The translations under genes and the position numbers were made by a program. Shown one piece after another: positions 47,859-57,878 of a DNA stretch of 64,000 nucleotides; positions within the stretch are counted from its first letter, which is position 1, and every line of letters begins with the position of its first letter. The notes under the pieces are model-generated. The model was given only the letters and a program-made list of their open reading frames with translations. It ran no database searches and was not told the origin of the DNA. This DNA is from a bacterium (lineage in GTDB: Bacteria; J088; JAWLBW01), in the NCBI GenBank assembly GCA_041690355.1, contig JAWLHK010000004.1, positions 124,001-188,000 on the forward strand, read 5' to 3'.

Positions 47859-48169
47859 GCCGCCCCTCCGGTAATCTCAGTCCCACGGTCTCCATCCGTT
47901 CGACGCCCGCGTCGCCGGTCGCGCACCCACTTGCGCATGCGGACGCCCGAAGGCGGCCTGAAAAGCATGACGTCGTCGGCCCCGAGCATGCGCAGGAAGC
48001 TGCGGAACGGCCGATACCAGTGCAGGCCGAATCGCCCGAGATGGATGCCGCCGCAGGGGAGCCGGTACCACTCTCCCCCTTCGCCGGACAGCCGGCGGCA
48101 GGCATAGACCGTCACCCGATCGGCCTCCCGGTGGGCCCCGGCAGAGAAGATGACCTGCACCCTTTTCAT
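47855..48169 (-). CDS. Hypothetical 104-aa basic protein
   Basis: Coupled on both sides (ATGA with upstream GT4 stop, GTGA with downstream GT4 start); fills the gap exactly. Confidence 0.55.
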   Translation of the reverse strand: MKRVQVIFSAGAHREADRVTVYACRRLSGEGGEWYRLPCGGIHLGRFGLHWYRPFRSFLRMLGADDVMLFRPPSGVRMRKWVRDRRRGRRTDGDRGTEITGGAA

Positions 48170-49395
48170 GCCGCCACCGAACCTTCGAGTCCGACCGGCC
48201 TGCCGGCGAGAATCCGCTCGTACGCCGCCATCAGATCGAGCGCATTGGCCTTCCACGAAAACCGTGAGCGTACGTGCTGCCGGCCGGCGCGCCCCATGCG
48301 CTCGCGCAGCCCGGGATCGTCGGCAAGGCGCGCCAGGTGCATTTCGAGAGAACGCACGTCGCCCACGGCGCTCAGAAGTCCCGCCGTCGGCGGCACGACC
48401 TCTGGAATGCCGCCCGCGCGCGTGGCCACGATGGGAAGGCCGTTGGCCATGGCCTCGAGCACCGCGTTCGGAACCCCCTCGAGGCGCGAGGGGAAAAGAA
48501 AGATGTCGCCTGCCTGCAGATACTCCTGCACGGCTTCGAACGGCTGCGCCCCCGGAAAGTGCGCCCGCGATGCGATACCGAGCCGGCGGATATCTTCGCG
48601 GTAGCCCGGGTCGCGCACGTCGCCGACGGCCACCAGGTGCAGACGCCGTCGCCGACGGGCCACCGAGGCGAAGGCGCGCAGCAGCTCGGGGGTCCCTTTG
48701 TCGGGCTCGAGGCGGCCGGCATAGACGACGAGGAGCGTCTCATCGTCAAGACCGAGGCGTGCGCGCACGGCGGCGCGAATTCCCGGCACCGGGGGGGGCA
48801 CTTCGCAGCCGTTGTAGACGACCCCCGTGGCGCGCGGGCGCCCGCCAAGCGCAGCCAGATCGGCGAGAAGCCCGCCGCTTACCGACAGGACGCAATCGGC
48901 GGCCGCGGCCACCTCACGCACCTGGCGCCGGTAGGCTTCGCCCCAGCCGGGGATGAGGTTGAGATCCATGCCGCGCGCCATGACGACAAGGGGGATGCCG
49001 AGTGCGCGCGCAAGCGGCACGGCGGCGGCTCCTTCGGGAAAAAGCCGATTCGCGTGTATCAGGTCGAAGGGCCGCTGCGCATGCAGGCTGCGCGCCAGAC
49101 GATCTACGCCGCGCTGCATGGTCAGCCCCTCGACGAAATGCCAGCGCATGCCCGGCGGGCTCCAATAACGGGGCCAGTAGATGCGCACCCCGTCACACTC
49201 GCCGCCGAGCGGAACCCGGGCGAAGCGGCGCCAGCGCGCGCTGAACCAGAGGGGCCACGGCGCGCGCATCATGGGGGCCAGGACGGTCACATCTGCGCCG
49301 GCCTGCGCGAGCGCGCGCGTCTGGCGGTGCACGAAGGCGCCGAACGCCGGGGCATCGGGGCGCGGATACATTTGGCTAAGCACGAGAATGCGCAT
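48166..49395 (-). CDS. Glycosyltransferase family 4
   Basis: YAGRLEPDKG, FPSRLEGVPNAVLEAMANG (Ex7E), GGIPEV. Confidence 0.92.
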   Translation of the reverse strand: MRILVLSQMYPRPDAPAFGAFVHRQTRALAQAGADVTVLAPMMRAPWPLWFSARWRRFARVPLGGECDGVRIYWPRYWSPPGMRWHFVEGLTMQRGVDRLARSLHAQRPFDLIHANRLFPEGAAAVPLARALGIPLVVMARGMDLNLIPGWGEAYRRQVREVAAAADCVLSVSGGLLADLAALGGRPRATGVVYNGCEVPPPVPGIRAAVRARLGLDDETLLVVYAGRLEPDKGTPELLRAFASVARRRRRLHLVAVGDVRDPGYREDIRRLGIASRAHFPGAQPFEAVQEYLQAGDIFLFPSRLEGVPNAVLEAMANGLPIVATRAGGIPEVVPPTAGLLSAVGDVRSLEMHLARLADDPGLRERMGRAGRQHVRSRFSWKANALDLMAAYERILAGRPVGLEGSVAA

Positions 49396-50722
49396 GTCTG
49401 CTCCCCCGTGCCAGCAGTAACGCCGTGATCAGACTGATCCAGAACCACTTGCGGATGAAATCGGTCCCCGACATGCCGGCGATGATGGTGAACACGACCA
49501 TGCCGCTGGCGACAGCCGTATTCCACGACCGCCCGCCTCGCCGGAGCGCCTGTACGACGATCACGAAAATGCCCGCAAACAGCGTCAGCCCGACGAGGCC
49601 GGTTTCGCCCAGCATGCCGATGAAGATGTTGTGCGGGTCCTTGTTGAAACCCGGAAAGACGTCGGTCTTGACGTGGTGCAGATAGTCGTTGAACCGGACG
49701 GTGAAATTGGCGAAGCCGACCCCGCGCACCGGGTTGTCGCGGGCGAGCGCGAGCCCCACCCGCCAGATATCGAGACGCTGGGCCGTAGGATCCTTGCCCT
49801 CGACGGTCTCTTCCCAGCGCTCGGTGAGGGTATCGTTGAAATAGCCGAGATAGACGCCGACCATGCCGGTGCCGGCGGCAAGAACGACCACGAGCCCGGC
49901 CGCGGCCCAGACGCGGGGCGTGCGCGGAATGACGAGGAAGATGGCCAGCAGGGCTGCCGCGAACGCGAGCCAGGCCCCTCTGCCCTTCGCGAGAACGAGG
50001 GCGACGAGCAGAAGCGGAAATGCACTCAGCACGATCAGCCTGAACCAGCGGTTGGCGTTTTCGAAGAGCAGCCACAGGCCGGCGAGCAGGCCGAAGCCAA
50101 TCATGCGGCCGAAATCGTTCGGATTCATGTCTTCAATCGAGCTCACCCGCTCGAGAAAGCGTGTTGCGTACTGGCCGCTCGTGAAGTTGCGGATGGCGAG
50201 GACGGATGAGATGGCGCTCCCGACGACGTAGGAGAGCATGGCCCAGCGCAAGGGCGCGGGCCGGTCCAGCAGGTTCAGGCACATGAGGTAGAACAGAAAG
50301 AGCTGGAACATCACGAAGGTCATCCTGTACGCCGAGACCCTGTCGACGGCCCAGAACGTCGTCGCGAAGATCCAGAGCACGAGCAGGCCGAACCAACGGG
50401 TGCTCGCCTCGTGCCGGATGTGCGCCCGCGTGGCGAGAAGATTCGCCGCGAAACAGGCGAAAGTCAGCAGACCGATGAGCCGGGGGAGCGTAAAGCTGCC
50501 GGGAATGAGCGACCCCCACCCCTCGAGCGGAACGAAGACCATCATGGTCACGACGCCGACGACGGGATAGAGAAAGGCAACGAGGCCGAGAACGATGGCG
50601 AAGGGGGCCGCGATGAGGAGCGGATTGCCCGAGGCCACAGCCATACCGAGGATGACGCCGGCGACGGCCCCCGCACCCAGGGCCAGCTCCTTGCGGCTCG
50701 CCAACGGCATTGCGGCACTCAT
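49376..50722 (-). CDS. O-antigen ligase/Wzy-like polymerase family membrane protein
   Basis: Many TM helices; NPNDFG, GRGAWL, RLDIW, GVGFANF, PHNIFI..LGETGLVG. Confidence 0.88.
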   Translation of the reverse strand: MSAAMPLASRKELALGAGAVAGVILGMAVASGNPLLIAAPFAIVLGLVAFLYPVVGVVTMMVFVPLEGWGSLIPGSFTLPRLIGLLTFACFAANLLATRAHIRHEASTRWFGLLVLWIFATTFWAVDRVSAYRMTFVMFQLFLFYLMCLNLLDRPAPLRWAMLSYVVGSAISSVLAIRNFTSGQYATRFLERVSSIEDMNPNDFGRMIGFGLLAGLWLLFENANRWFRLIVLSAFPLLLVALVLAKGRGAWLAFAAALLAIFLVIPRTPRVWAAAGLVVVLAAGTGMVGVYLGYFNDTLTERWEETVEGKDPTAQRLDIWRVGLALARDNPVRGVGFANFTVRFNDYLHHVKTDVFPGFNKDPHNIFIGMLGETGLVGLTLFAGIFVIVVQALRRGGRSWNTAVASGMVVFTIIAGMSGTDFIRKWFWISLITALLLARGSRHAHSRA

Positions 50723-52638
50723 GCTGCGGCCTCGAAGCCGGGTTCGCCCGTGCGCAGCGCCTGCAGGCGCGGCAGGACTTCGCGCTCCCAGCGTAACCAG
50801 GTATAGATCGACCAGAGGCGAGCCGAGTGGTCGAACGCTCCCGACATGTGCTCGGCAAGCGTACGGTGTACGGTCGCCCGGTTGAACCAGGGATTGGGGG
50901 CCCCCAGCAGGGTGTCGCAGAGCGCATCCCGGTACGGCCCGCGCATCCAGGCCCCCAGCGGCAGCGCGAAACCGGCCTTGGGGCGGTAAACGACGGCGGG
51001 GGGGACGTGGCGTGCGCAGATCCGCTTGAGGAGCCCCTTGCTTTCGCCGAGGGGGAGCAGGATGTCGCGCGGCAGGCGGAGCGCAAATTCGACGAGCGCC
51101 CGGTCGAGCAGCGGCGATCGGGCTTCGAGGCCGGCCGCCATGGTGGCCACATCGACCTTGGTCAGATAGTCGTTCGGCAGACGGGTTTCGAGATCGAGAA
51201 GGAGCATGCGGTGCAGGTCATCTTCGGCGTTGACGCCGTCGAGCAGGATCGCATGCCAGGCGCGCGGCGAAATTCCGCCGCGCACCGCGGTTCCGGGCGC
51301 GAGCAGATGGCGGCGCAGATCGTCGCGCCACAGGTCGGGATCGAGATAGACCAGGCCGTCGGGCGTAGCCCCGAAACGCACGAGGCTCCAGAGAGACGAG
51401 AGGGGGCCGGGCAGCGGACGTCCCGAGAGCAGCTGCTCGAATAGGACGCCGAGCCGGCGCCGGTTGCGCTCACCGACGAAGCGGCGCAGATAGCCGGCCA
51501 GCCAGGCCGCCCGCGCCGTCGGATAGCCGGCGAAGATTTCGTCGCCACCGTCGCCGGTCAGGACGACAGTCACGGCGCGCCGCGCTTCGCGCGCCACGGC
51601 ATGCGAGGGAACGGCCGAGCTGTCGGCGAACGGCTCGCCATGGTTCCAGAGGATTTGTCCGAGCTCGGCGAGGACGTCTACCTCGAGTACCGTTTCGGTA
51701 TGCGTGGTGCCGACGTGACCGGCGACGCGGCGTGCGAACGGGAGTTCGTTGTGAGATTCGTGAGTGAAACCGACGGAGAAGCTCCGGATGCCCGGCGACG
51801 CGCCGGCCGCCAGCGCCGTGACGAGGCTCGAGTCGACGCCGCCGCTCAGAAACGTGCCGACAGGCACGTCGGCGAGCAGCCGCCGGCGCACGGCCTCGCG
51901 CAGCAGCGCTTCGACCTGCTCTTCGGCTTCGCCGGCGTGAATGTCCAGGGCGGGGGCGGCGTGGGGCCGCCAGTAGCGGTGCGCCGTGCGGGCCAGCCCC
52001 CGTCCGTCGCGGTAGATGGTCGCCGCCGTGGCCGGCTCGAGCTTGGCGACGTTGTCGAAGACGGTCCACGGGGCAGGAATGAAACCGTGGTAGAGATAGA
52101 GCGGAAGTACCGATGCGTCGATGCGCGGCGCTTCGGGTAGACAGGCAACGACCGACTTCAGGTCGCTGGCGGCTACGAGCCCCCATTCTCCGAGGGCGTA
52201 GAACAGGGGCTTCTTGCCCATCCGATCGCGGGCCAGATACAGGCGTTCTCCGGCGCGATCCCAAAGGGCGATCGAGAACATGCCATCCAGGCGATCGAGC
52301 AGGCCCTCCCAGCCCCATTCCCGGAAACCGAGCGGGAGAACTTCGGTATCGCTATCGCTGCGGAAGTCGGCGCCGCGTCCGGCAAGCTCTTCGCGGAGGA
52401 GACGATGGTTGTAGATCTCGCCGTTGAAGGCGACGACGACGCCGTGGCGCTCCATCGGCTGACGCCCGGCCGCGCTGAGGTCGAGAATCGCGAGCCGGCG
52501 GTGGCCGATGCCCATGCTGCCGCGCTGCCAGAGACCGGCATCGTCCGGGCCGCGGCTCGTCATGAGATCGCGCGCCCTGCGCAGGCGGTTGCGATCGGGG
52601 GTTGTTCCCGGCCGCCACCAGACGACCCAGCCGCACAT
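50719..52638 (-). CDS. asnB: Asparagine synthase-like glutamine amidotransferase (copy 2)
   Basis: MCG N-terminus, RGPD, FNGEIYN, LSGGVDSS, GDGGDE, KVDVATMAAGLEARSPLLD. Confidence 0.92.
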   Translation of the reverse strand: MCGWVVWWRPGTTPDRNRLRRARDLMTSRGPDDAGLWQRGSMGIGHRRLAILDLSAAGRQPMERHGVVVAFNGEIYNHRLLREELAGRGADFRSDSDTEVLPLGFREWGWEGLLDRLDGMFSIALWDRAGERLYLARDRMGKKPLFYALGEWGLVAASDLKSVVACLPEAPRIDASVLPLYLYHGFIPAPWTVFDNVAKLEPATAATIYRDGRGLARTAHRYWRPHAAPALDIHAGEAEEQVEALLREAVRRRLLADVPVGTFLSGGVDSSLVTALAAGASPGIRSFSVGFTHESHNELPFARRVAGHVGTTHTETVLEVDVLAELGQILWNHGEPFADSSAVPSHAVAREARRAVTVVLTGDGGDEIFAGYPTARAAWLAGYLRRFVGERNRRRLGVLFEQLLSGRPLPGPLSSLWSLVRFGATPDGLVYLDPDLWRDDLRRHLLAPGTAVRGGISPRAWHAILLDGVNAEDDLHRMLLLDLETRLPNDYLTKVDVATMAAGLEARSPLLDRALVEFALRLPRDILLPLGESKGLLKRICARHVPPAVVYRPKAGFALPLGAWMRGPYRDALCDTLLGAPNPWFNRATVHRTLAEHMSGAFDHSARLWSIYTWLRWEREVLPRLQALRTGEPGFEAAA

Positions 52639-54527
52639 CAGGCTGCCTCCCGTCCTGATTCGGCCACCGGCGGCAGCTGTTCGCGCATGCGCCGATCCCA
52701 TAGATAGAGCGCGGCCAGATTCCACGCGCGCTGCCAGACATGTTCACCTCGGCGCTGGCGCGTCAGCAGGTTGTCGACCGCCCGGCGCTCGAACAGGCCG
52801 CCCACGCCGCTGCGGTCCGCGAACAGGTCTGCGAACCAGTCGACCTCGTCGCGCGCCCACTCGGCGAGCGGCACGGGAAAGCCGCGCTTGTCGCGCGTCA
52901 GGACCGAGCGCGGCAGGCGCCCGCGCATGGCCCGGCGCAGCATGCGTTTGGTCCCCGTGGTGGCGGGGCCGCGGACCTTGGTGAGCCCCTGAAGGCTGAA
53001 GAGGTGTTCGACCAGCCGATAATCCAGAAAGGGCACGCGAAGCTCAAGGGCGTGCGCCATCGTCATCTTGTCGGCCTTCATGAGCAGATCTTCCGACAGC
53101 CAGGAGCCCGAGTAGACGGCCATGATCTGGTTGAACGGATCAGCGTGGGCCACGTCGGCGTAGGCGGCGTCGATGTAGCGGCGCGGGTCTCCCAGGCCCG
53201 AAGCTTGCGGGCCGAGGAGGGCGCGGCGTTCGGCGTCCGTAAAAATCGAGATGATGTACTGGCCGCGCAGGGCGGGGTAGCGGTCGGTCGGCGCGTTCAG
53301 GCGCGTGAGCAGCGCACGGATGCGCCCCTGGGTCACGGCGATGCCGGCGTCGCGCAGGCCTTTCGGGATGCGCTGCCACTCTTCGATGAGGCGCAGGCGC
53401 GTGGCGATGCGGTTGAAGTCGTAACCGCCGAGAACCTCGTCGCTCCCCTCGCCGCTGAGGATGACCTTGACGTGGCGCCGGGCCTCGGCCGCGAGAAAGT
53501 ACAGGGGGAGCGCGGCCAGATCAGTGATCGGCTCGTCGAGGCGGCCGAGGATTTCGGGAAGCTCGGCGCGGAACTGGGCGGCCGTGACCACGAGCTCGTG
53601 GTGGCGCGTGCCCAGGCGGCGGGCCACCTGACGGGCATAGAAACGCTCGTCGTAGAAGCCCCCCTTCTCGAACGCCACCGCAAAGCTGTCGATCGGCTGC
53701 GCGCGGGAGGCGACGGCGGCGACGGCGCTGCTGTCGAGGCCGCCGCTCAGAAAGACTCCCACGGGCACATCGGCGCGCAGGCGCAGGTCGACGGCGTCTT
53801 CGAAAAGCGCCTCGAACCGCTCCTGGGCATCGGCCGGGTCGGCCTCGAACATGCCCGCGACCGGCAGGCGGTACCAGCTGCGCACCTGAACGCGCCCGCC
53901 GGTCAGGGTCAGCAGGCTGCCGGGGGGGAGCTTGAAGACCCCGCGGACGGCGGTCAACGGGGCCGGCACGAAGCGCAGGCCCAGATAGTCGCTCACGGCC
54001 TGGGGGTCGGGTTCGTAGTCCACGAGGCCCGAGGCCAGAATGGCGCGCAGCTCGCTGGCGAAGACAAGCGCGTCGGCGGTGACCGCATAGTACAGGGGTT
54101 TGATGCCGAAACGGTCGCGCACGAGGAGCATGGAACGTTCGCGCGCGTTCCACCAACCGAAAGCGAACATGCCGTTCAGGCGATCGAGCGCCCCCTCGCC
54201 CCAGCGCGCAAGCGCCTGTACGAGCACCGCTGTGTCGCCGCGGGCCTGACCGGCCTCGAGGCCGAGGGCGTCACGCAGTTCCACGTAATTGTAGATTTCA
54301 CCGTTGTAGGTCAGCACGTGCCCGGCCTCGTGGGCCATCGGCTGATGCCCCGCGGGCGAAAGGTCGAGGATGCTGAGCCGCCGGTGCCCGAGGGCGACGC
54401 CGGGTGCGATGTGGATGCCCTCGTCATCGGGGCCCCGGTGGCGGATGGCATTGAGCATGCGCTCGAGCGGCGCCCGCGGCGGTGTGCGTTTCGAATCCAG
54501 GCTGACGATTCCGGCGATGCCGCACAT
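52638..54527 (-). CDS. asnB: Asparagine synthase-like glutamine amidotransferase (copy 1)
   Basis: MCGIAG, HRGPD, YNGEIYN, LSGGLDSS, SGEGSDE, KADKMTMAHALELRVPFLD. Confidence 0.93.
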   Translation of the reverse strand: MCGIAGIVSLDSKRTPPRAPLERMLNAIRHRGPDDEGIHIAPGVALGHRRLSILDLSPAGHQPMAHEAGHVLTYNGEIYNYVELRDALGLEAGQARGDTAVLVQALARWGEGALDRLNGMFAFGWWNARERSMLLVRDRFGIKPLYYAVTADALVFASELRAILASGLVDYEPDPQAVSDYLGLRFVPAPLTAVRGVFKLPPGSLLTLTGGRVQVRSWYRLPVAGMFEADPADAQERFEALFEDAVDLRLRADVPVGVFLSGGLDSSAVAAVASRAQPIDSFAVAFEKGGFYDERFYARQVARRLGTRHHELVVTAAQFRAELPEILGRLDEPITDLAALPLYFLAAEARRHVKVILSGEGSDEVLGGYDFNRIATRLRLIEEWQRIPKGLRDAGIAVTQGRIRALLTRLNAPTDRYPALRGQYIISIFTDAERRALLGPQASGLGDPRRYIDAAYADVAHADPFNQIMAVYSGSWLSEDLLMKADKMTMAHALELRVPFLDYRLVEHLFSLQGLTKVRGPATTGTKRMLRRAMRGRLPRSVLTRDKRGFPVPLAEWARDEVDWFADLFADRSGVGGLFERRAVDNLLTRQRRGEHVWQRAWNLAALYLWDRRMREQLPPVAESGREAA

Positions 54528-54550
54528 GCTGTCCCCCCACCTCTGTCCGG

Positions 54551-55588
54551 TCAGTTTCGTTTCCGCAGACGTGCCAGTTCGACGCCGGCCTGGTGGCGCA
54601 GCCAGGGCTCGAGCCCGGGATGGGTCGCGAGCCGGTCGAGAATCCGCCGCGCTCCGCCCGGATCACCCTGGGTGGCCAGCGTCCGGGCAAGTCCAAGCCA
54701 GGCGCCGTTGCGCACGTCGCCGTAGCGCGCGATACTCTGTTCGAAAGCCGTTCGGGCCTCTTCGAGGCGGCCGGCCTCGAGCCGCGCGAAGCCAAGATTG
54801 CGCAGGATCGCCTGCTCGTCTGGAGCGAGCACGTTGGCCTGCTCGAGCCGGTCGAGCGCCGCCTGCGTTTCTCCGCTGCGCAGTAAATCGGCCCCCACGA
54901 AGTACGCAAGATGTCCGGCATGAACGCCCGCCTGGGGCGACTCACGCAGCCCGATGCGGGCGATTGCGGCCCGCCTCGCCGTATCGGTCACCGCCTCGGC
55001 CCAGGTGCGCCAGACGAGTGCAGACCCCGGCAGAATCCGCACGGCGAGTTCGGGCTCGGCATCGCTCAAGCCGTTCTCGGCAAGGATTTCGGGGGTGAGA
55101 TCGGGCTGAAGGCGGGCGGCCTGGCGGAATGCGGCGTCGCGCTCGGGGCCGGGGCCGAGCAGGCGGGCCAGACCCCAGTGATTTCCGGCCTGCATGGGTC
55201 CGCGGCGCAGGCCGGCCCGCGCGAAGCCGAGTGCAGCGTCGGGCAGTTCACCGTGGTGCGCGACGAGCGCGAGGGAGCGAACCGTTTCGGCGTCGACCGG
55301 ATTCCAGCGCGCGGCGTCGACGAGCGCCGGCCCGGCCAACGAGAGCCAGGGCCCGCCGACCGCCCGGTACGCGGCCATTGCTGCCTGGCCGAAGAGTCGG
55401 CGCGCAGGTGAGAACTCTGGCGCCAGGGGCGCGAGGCGCTGCCGGTGGCTCAGCTCGCGAGGCGTCATGCCGCGCCGCATGGCGTCGACGCTGCCGCCGT
55501 GTTCGAAACTCAGGGCGGCCGACCGGATCCCCTGCAGGGACGCGAGCGTCAGCGCGAGCGCAAGAATGGCGATGGTCTGGACCTTCAT
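54551..55588 (-). CDS. TPR-containing exported/membrane-anchored protein
   Basis: N-terminal hydrophobic segment; TPRs (ILRNLGFARL, AWLGLAR). Confidence 0.65.
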   Translation of the reverse strand: MKVQTIAILALALTLASLQGIRSAALSFEHGGSVDAMRRGMTPRELSHRQRLAPLAPEFSPARRLFGQAAMAAYRAVGGPWLSLAGPALVDAARWNPVDAETVRSLALVAHHGELPDAALGFARAGLRRGPMQAGNHWGLARLLGPGPERDAAFRQAARLQPDLTPEILAENGLSDAEPELAVRILPGSALVWRTWAEAVTDTARRAAIARIGLRESPQAGVHAGHLAYFVGADLLRSGETQAALDRLEQANVLAPDEQAILRNLGFARLEAGRLEEARTAFEQSIARYGDVRNGAWLGLARTLATQGDPGGARRILDRLATHPGLEPWLRHQAGVELARLRKRN

Positions 55589-55638
55589 AAGTGCGCACCC
55601 GGGAGTACACGGACTCCAGGAAGGCGGTTACAAGGTCC

Positions 55639-55668
55639 ATTCTAGGCGGCGTCTTGAAAAATTGTCAA
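55639..55668 (-). promoter_or_regulatory. Promoter of the polysaccharide operon
   Basis: TTGACA-N18-TAGAAT with AT-rich upstream tract on the minus strand. Confidence 0.7.
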
Positions 55669-55700
55669 TAAATTACTGCTTTATCACGACTGCCGGGCCG

Positions 55701-57872
55701 TCAGTATCCGACACTGCCGACGCCGACCAGGGTGAAGGTCAGGTTGAAGGAGAGGTCCGAGTTCGGGCGCTGGATGAACCGTCCGCCGACCGACCAGCAA
55801 TCGCAGAAGGACCGGTAGCTGAACCCGTAGATCGACTCCAGAAAGAGCCGCTGATCGATGGAGTACCGCGTGCCGTAGCTGAGCAGGATGCGCTCGAAGA
55901 ACGTACGCGTGACATAGCCCCAGATTTCGCGGCTCGCCCAGGGGGTGGCATCGGTGCGGCGCACGTAGCTGCTGTCGATTTCGTCGTCGAGAACGACCCG
56001 CGTGCGGTCGCTGACGACGTAGTTGGCGAGGTTGTGATACTCGACCCCCGCGGTGAACCCGCCGGGAACTGGGCCGTCTACACGGTACACGGAGTGATAC
56101 AACTGCTCCCGATCCAGCGCCGGATCGTAATACAGCCGGGTTGAGAGCTGGAGTCGGTTCGGAAACTGAACGAGCAGCCTGGCGAGGATCGGCGAAAGAC
56201 GCGGTTCGGTCGTCTCCCGCAGCGAGTAATGCTGGTACAGCCCCAACTCGGCGACCCCGCTCGACCGCAGGCTGTTGCTGCGCCACCAGTAGAGCTGGTT
56301 CGCGAGCCCGTACTCGATCAGGTTGCGCGGCTCAATCTGGTCGAGCTCGTCGAACGAAAACGGGGCGACGTCCGAGCCGGGCGTGAAGCGGTAGCGTGCC
56401 TGCGGCGTAATCCGGTGCCGCAGGCCCAGGTCGGTCGCGGTCGTGTCGGCGGCCGGAAAGTAGAAAGCCCGATCGAACGGCGTCTCCAGGCGCAGGCCGA
56501 GCGCCCCGAGCTCGCGATGCACGACCGGCTCCGTGGCAGCCGTGCGGTAGACGGTTGCGCGGCCGGCCGCCAGCGGTGTCGCCAGAAGGGGGCCCAGCGT
56601 AAGAGGCTGCTCGAGACGCGCCGTCAGGTCGGCACGGTCGCCGAAAGGCTCGTAAGAGCCGAACTCCCAGATGTCGCTGTTGGAGGGGCGCGACATGATG
56701 TGGTCGAATCCGAGCATGCCCGTAAGAACCGGACCCCCGCTCCATAGACGCCGCGGCCAGCTCAACAGTTCGATATGCGGCAGCCGGTTGAAGACTCCGA
56801 GGGCGGCCAGATCCGAGCGCGCGTAGCTGTCGGCTTTCGCGAGCAGCGAGACCCCCTCGGCAGCCCGCAGGTAGGCGATTTCAGAACGGACGAAGGGCTT
56901 CGTCTTTTCGGCCAGGGTCTGGCCCAGATCGGCATTGAACTGCCGGTCACTCAAGGCATGCAGGTCGACGACGAGCGCCTCGAGTTCGCTGAAGTTGTGG
57001 CGATTCGTCGAGTCCAGGGTAAAACGGTGGGCCCGGTAGCCGCTTTCGCTCGGGTCGAGAAGCAGCTGATAGAGGTAACGGAAGTCGGTCTTCCCGTAGC
57101 TCCCCTCCCGGCCGAGGTAGCGAAACTCCGAGCTGCCGCCGATCCCGCGCATGCTGTAGTAGTCGGCCCACACCGTGGCGTCGGCCGTGTCGCCCAGGGG
57201 GATGAACAGCCCCTGCCGCACGACGAGCCCTTCGCTTCCCGTGTAGCGCAGCTGAGGCAGCAGAAGGCCGAATTCGCGCTCGGTCTTTACGGGAAAGTAG
57301 CCGATCGGCAGGTACATGACCGGCACTTTCTTGACGTAGAAGAGGGCGTTGCGCACAAGCGCGTAGCCGCCGACCTCGACGTGGATGTAGCCGGCGCTCA
57401 CCGACCAGCTCGGGCTGTCATCGCCGCAATCGCAGGTCGTCAACGTGCCGTTTTCGACTTCATACTCTTCTTCGCCGACTTTCTCGATGCGTGTTCCCGA
57501 GATCCGGTACCCCGATTCCCGCAGCAGAAGCTGGCCGCCGAGAATGATGCCGGTGTTGTCGTCGAGGTGCGTCACGATGCGCTCGCTGCGCATCTCGCTC
57601 TGCCCGTCGGTCAGGTAGACATTGCCGGTCGCCGTGAAGATCCGGTTGTTCCGGTCGATGGCGACTTCGTCGGCCGTCAGCAGGTTGTTGCCGTACCGGA
57701 TCGTGACCCCATCACGGGCCAGGTAGAGGTTGGTGCTGCGGTAGTATTCGATATGCCCGCTTTCGACCGTAACCTGGGTACCGGGACGAAAGCGGATCGC
57801 GGTCACATCGGCCCGGGCAGGCATCGCCCAGGTCACGATGAGAAACGCCAGAATTCCGCACACCACGCGCAT
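55701..57872 (-). CDS. lptD: LPS-assembly protein LptD
   Basis: Signal peptide; OstA-like N-domain (ATGNVYL), TTCDC..PSW, VPVMYLP, GLLLP, C-terminal DCW barrel motif. Confidence 0.88.
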   Translation of the reverse strand: MRVVCGILAFLIVTWAMPARADVTAIRFRPGTQVTVESGHIEYYRSTNLYLARDGVTIRYGNNLLTADEVAIDRNNRIFTATGNVYLTDGQSEMRSERIVTHLDDNTGIILGGQLLLRESGYRISGTRIEKVGEEEYEVENGTLTTCDCGDDSPSWSVSAGYIHVEVGGYALVRNALFYVKKVPVMYLPIGYFPVKTEREFGLLLPQLRYTGSEGLVVRQGLFIPLGDTADATVWADYYSMRGIGGSSEFRYLGREGSYGKTDFRYLYQLLLDPSESGYRAHRFTLDSTNRHNFSELEALVVDLHALSDRQFNADLGQTLAEKTKPFVRSEIAYLRAAEGVSLLAKADSYARSDLAALGVFNRLPHIELLSWPRRLWSGGPVLTGMLGFDHIMSRPSNSDIWEFGSYEPFGDRADLTARLEQPLTLGPLLATPLAAGRATVYRTAATEPVVHRELGALGLRLETPFDRAFYFPAADTTATDLGLRHRITPQARYRFTPGSDVAPFSFDELDQIEPRNLIEYGLANQLYWWRSNSLRSSGVAELGLYQHYSLRETTEPRLSPILARLLVQFPNRLQLSTRLYYDPALDREQLYHSVYRVDGPVPGGFTAGVEYHNLANYVVSDRTRVVLDDEIDSSYVRRTDATPWASREIWGYVTRTFFERILLSYGTRYSIDQRLFLESIYGFSYRSFCDCWSVGGRFIQRPNSDLSFNLTFTLVGVGSVGY

Positions 57873-57878
57873 CGGGAC

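Noticed and set aside
43170..54527. Lasso peptide cluster (AsnB-like cyclase plus nucleotidyltransferase)
   Set aside because: Both AsnB proteins keep the N-terminal Cys glutaminase (MCG); no PqqD/RRE, B2 peptidase or precursor was seen; the context is glycan biosynthesis
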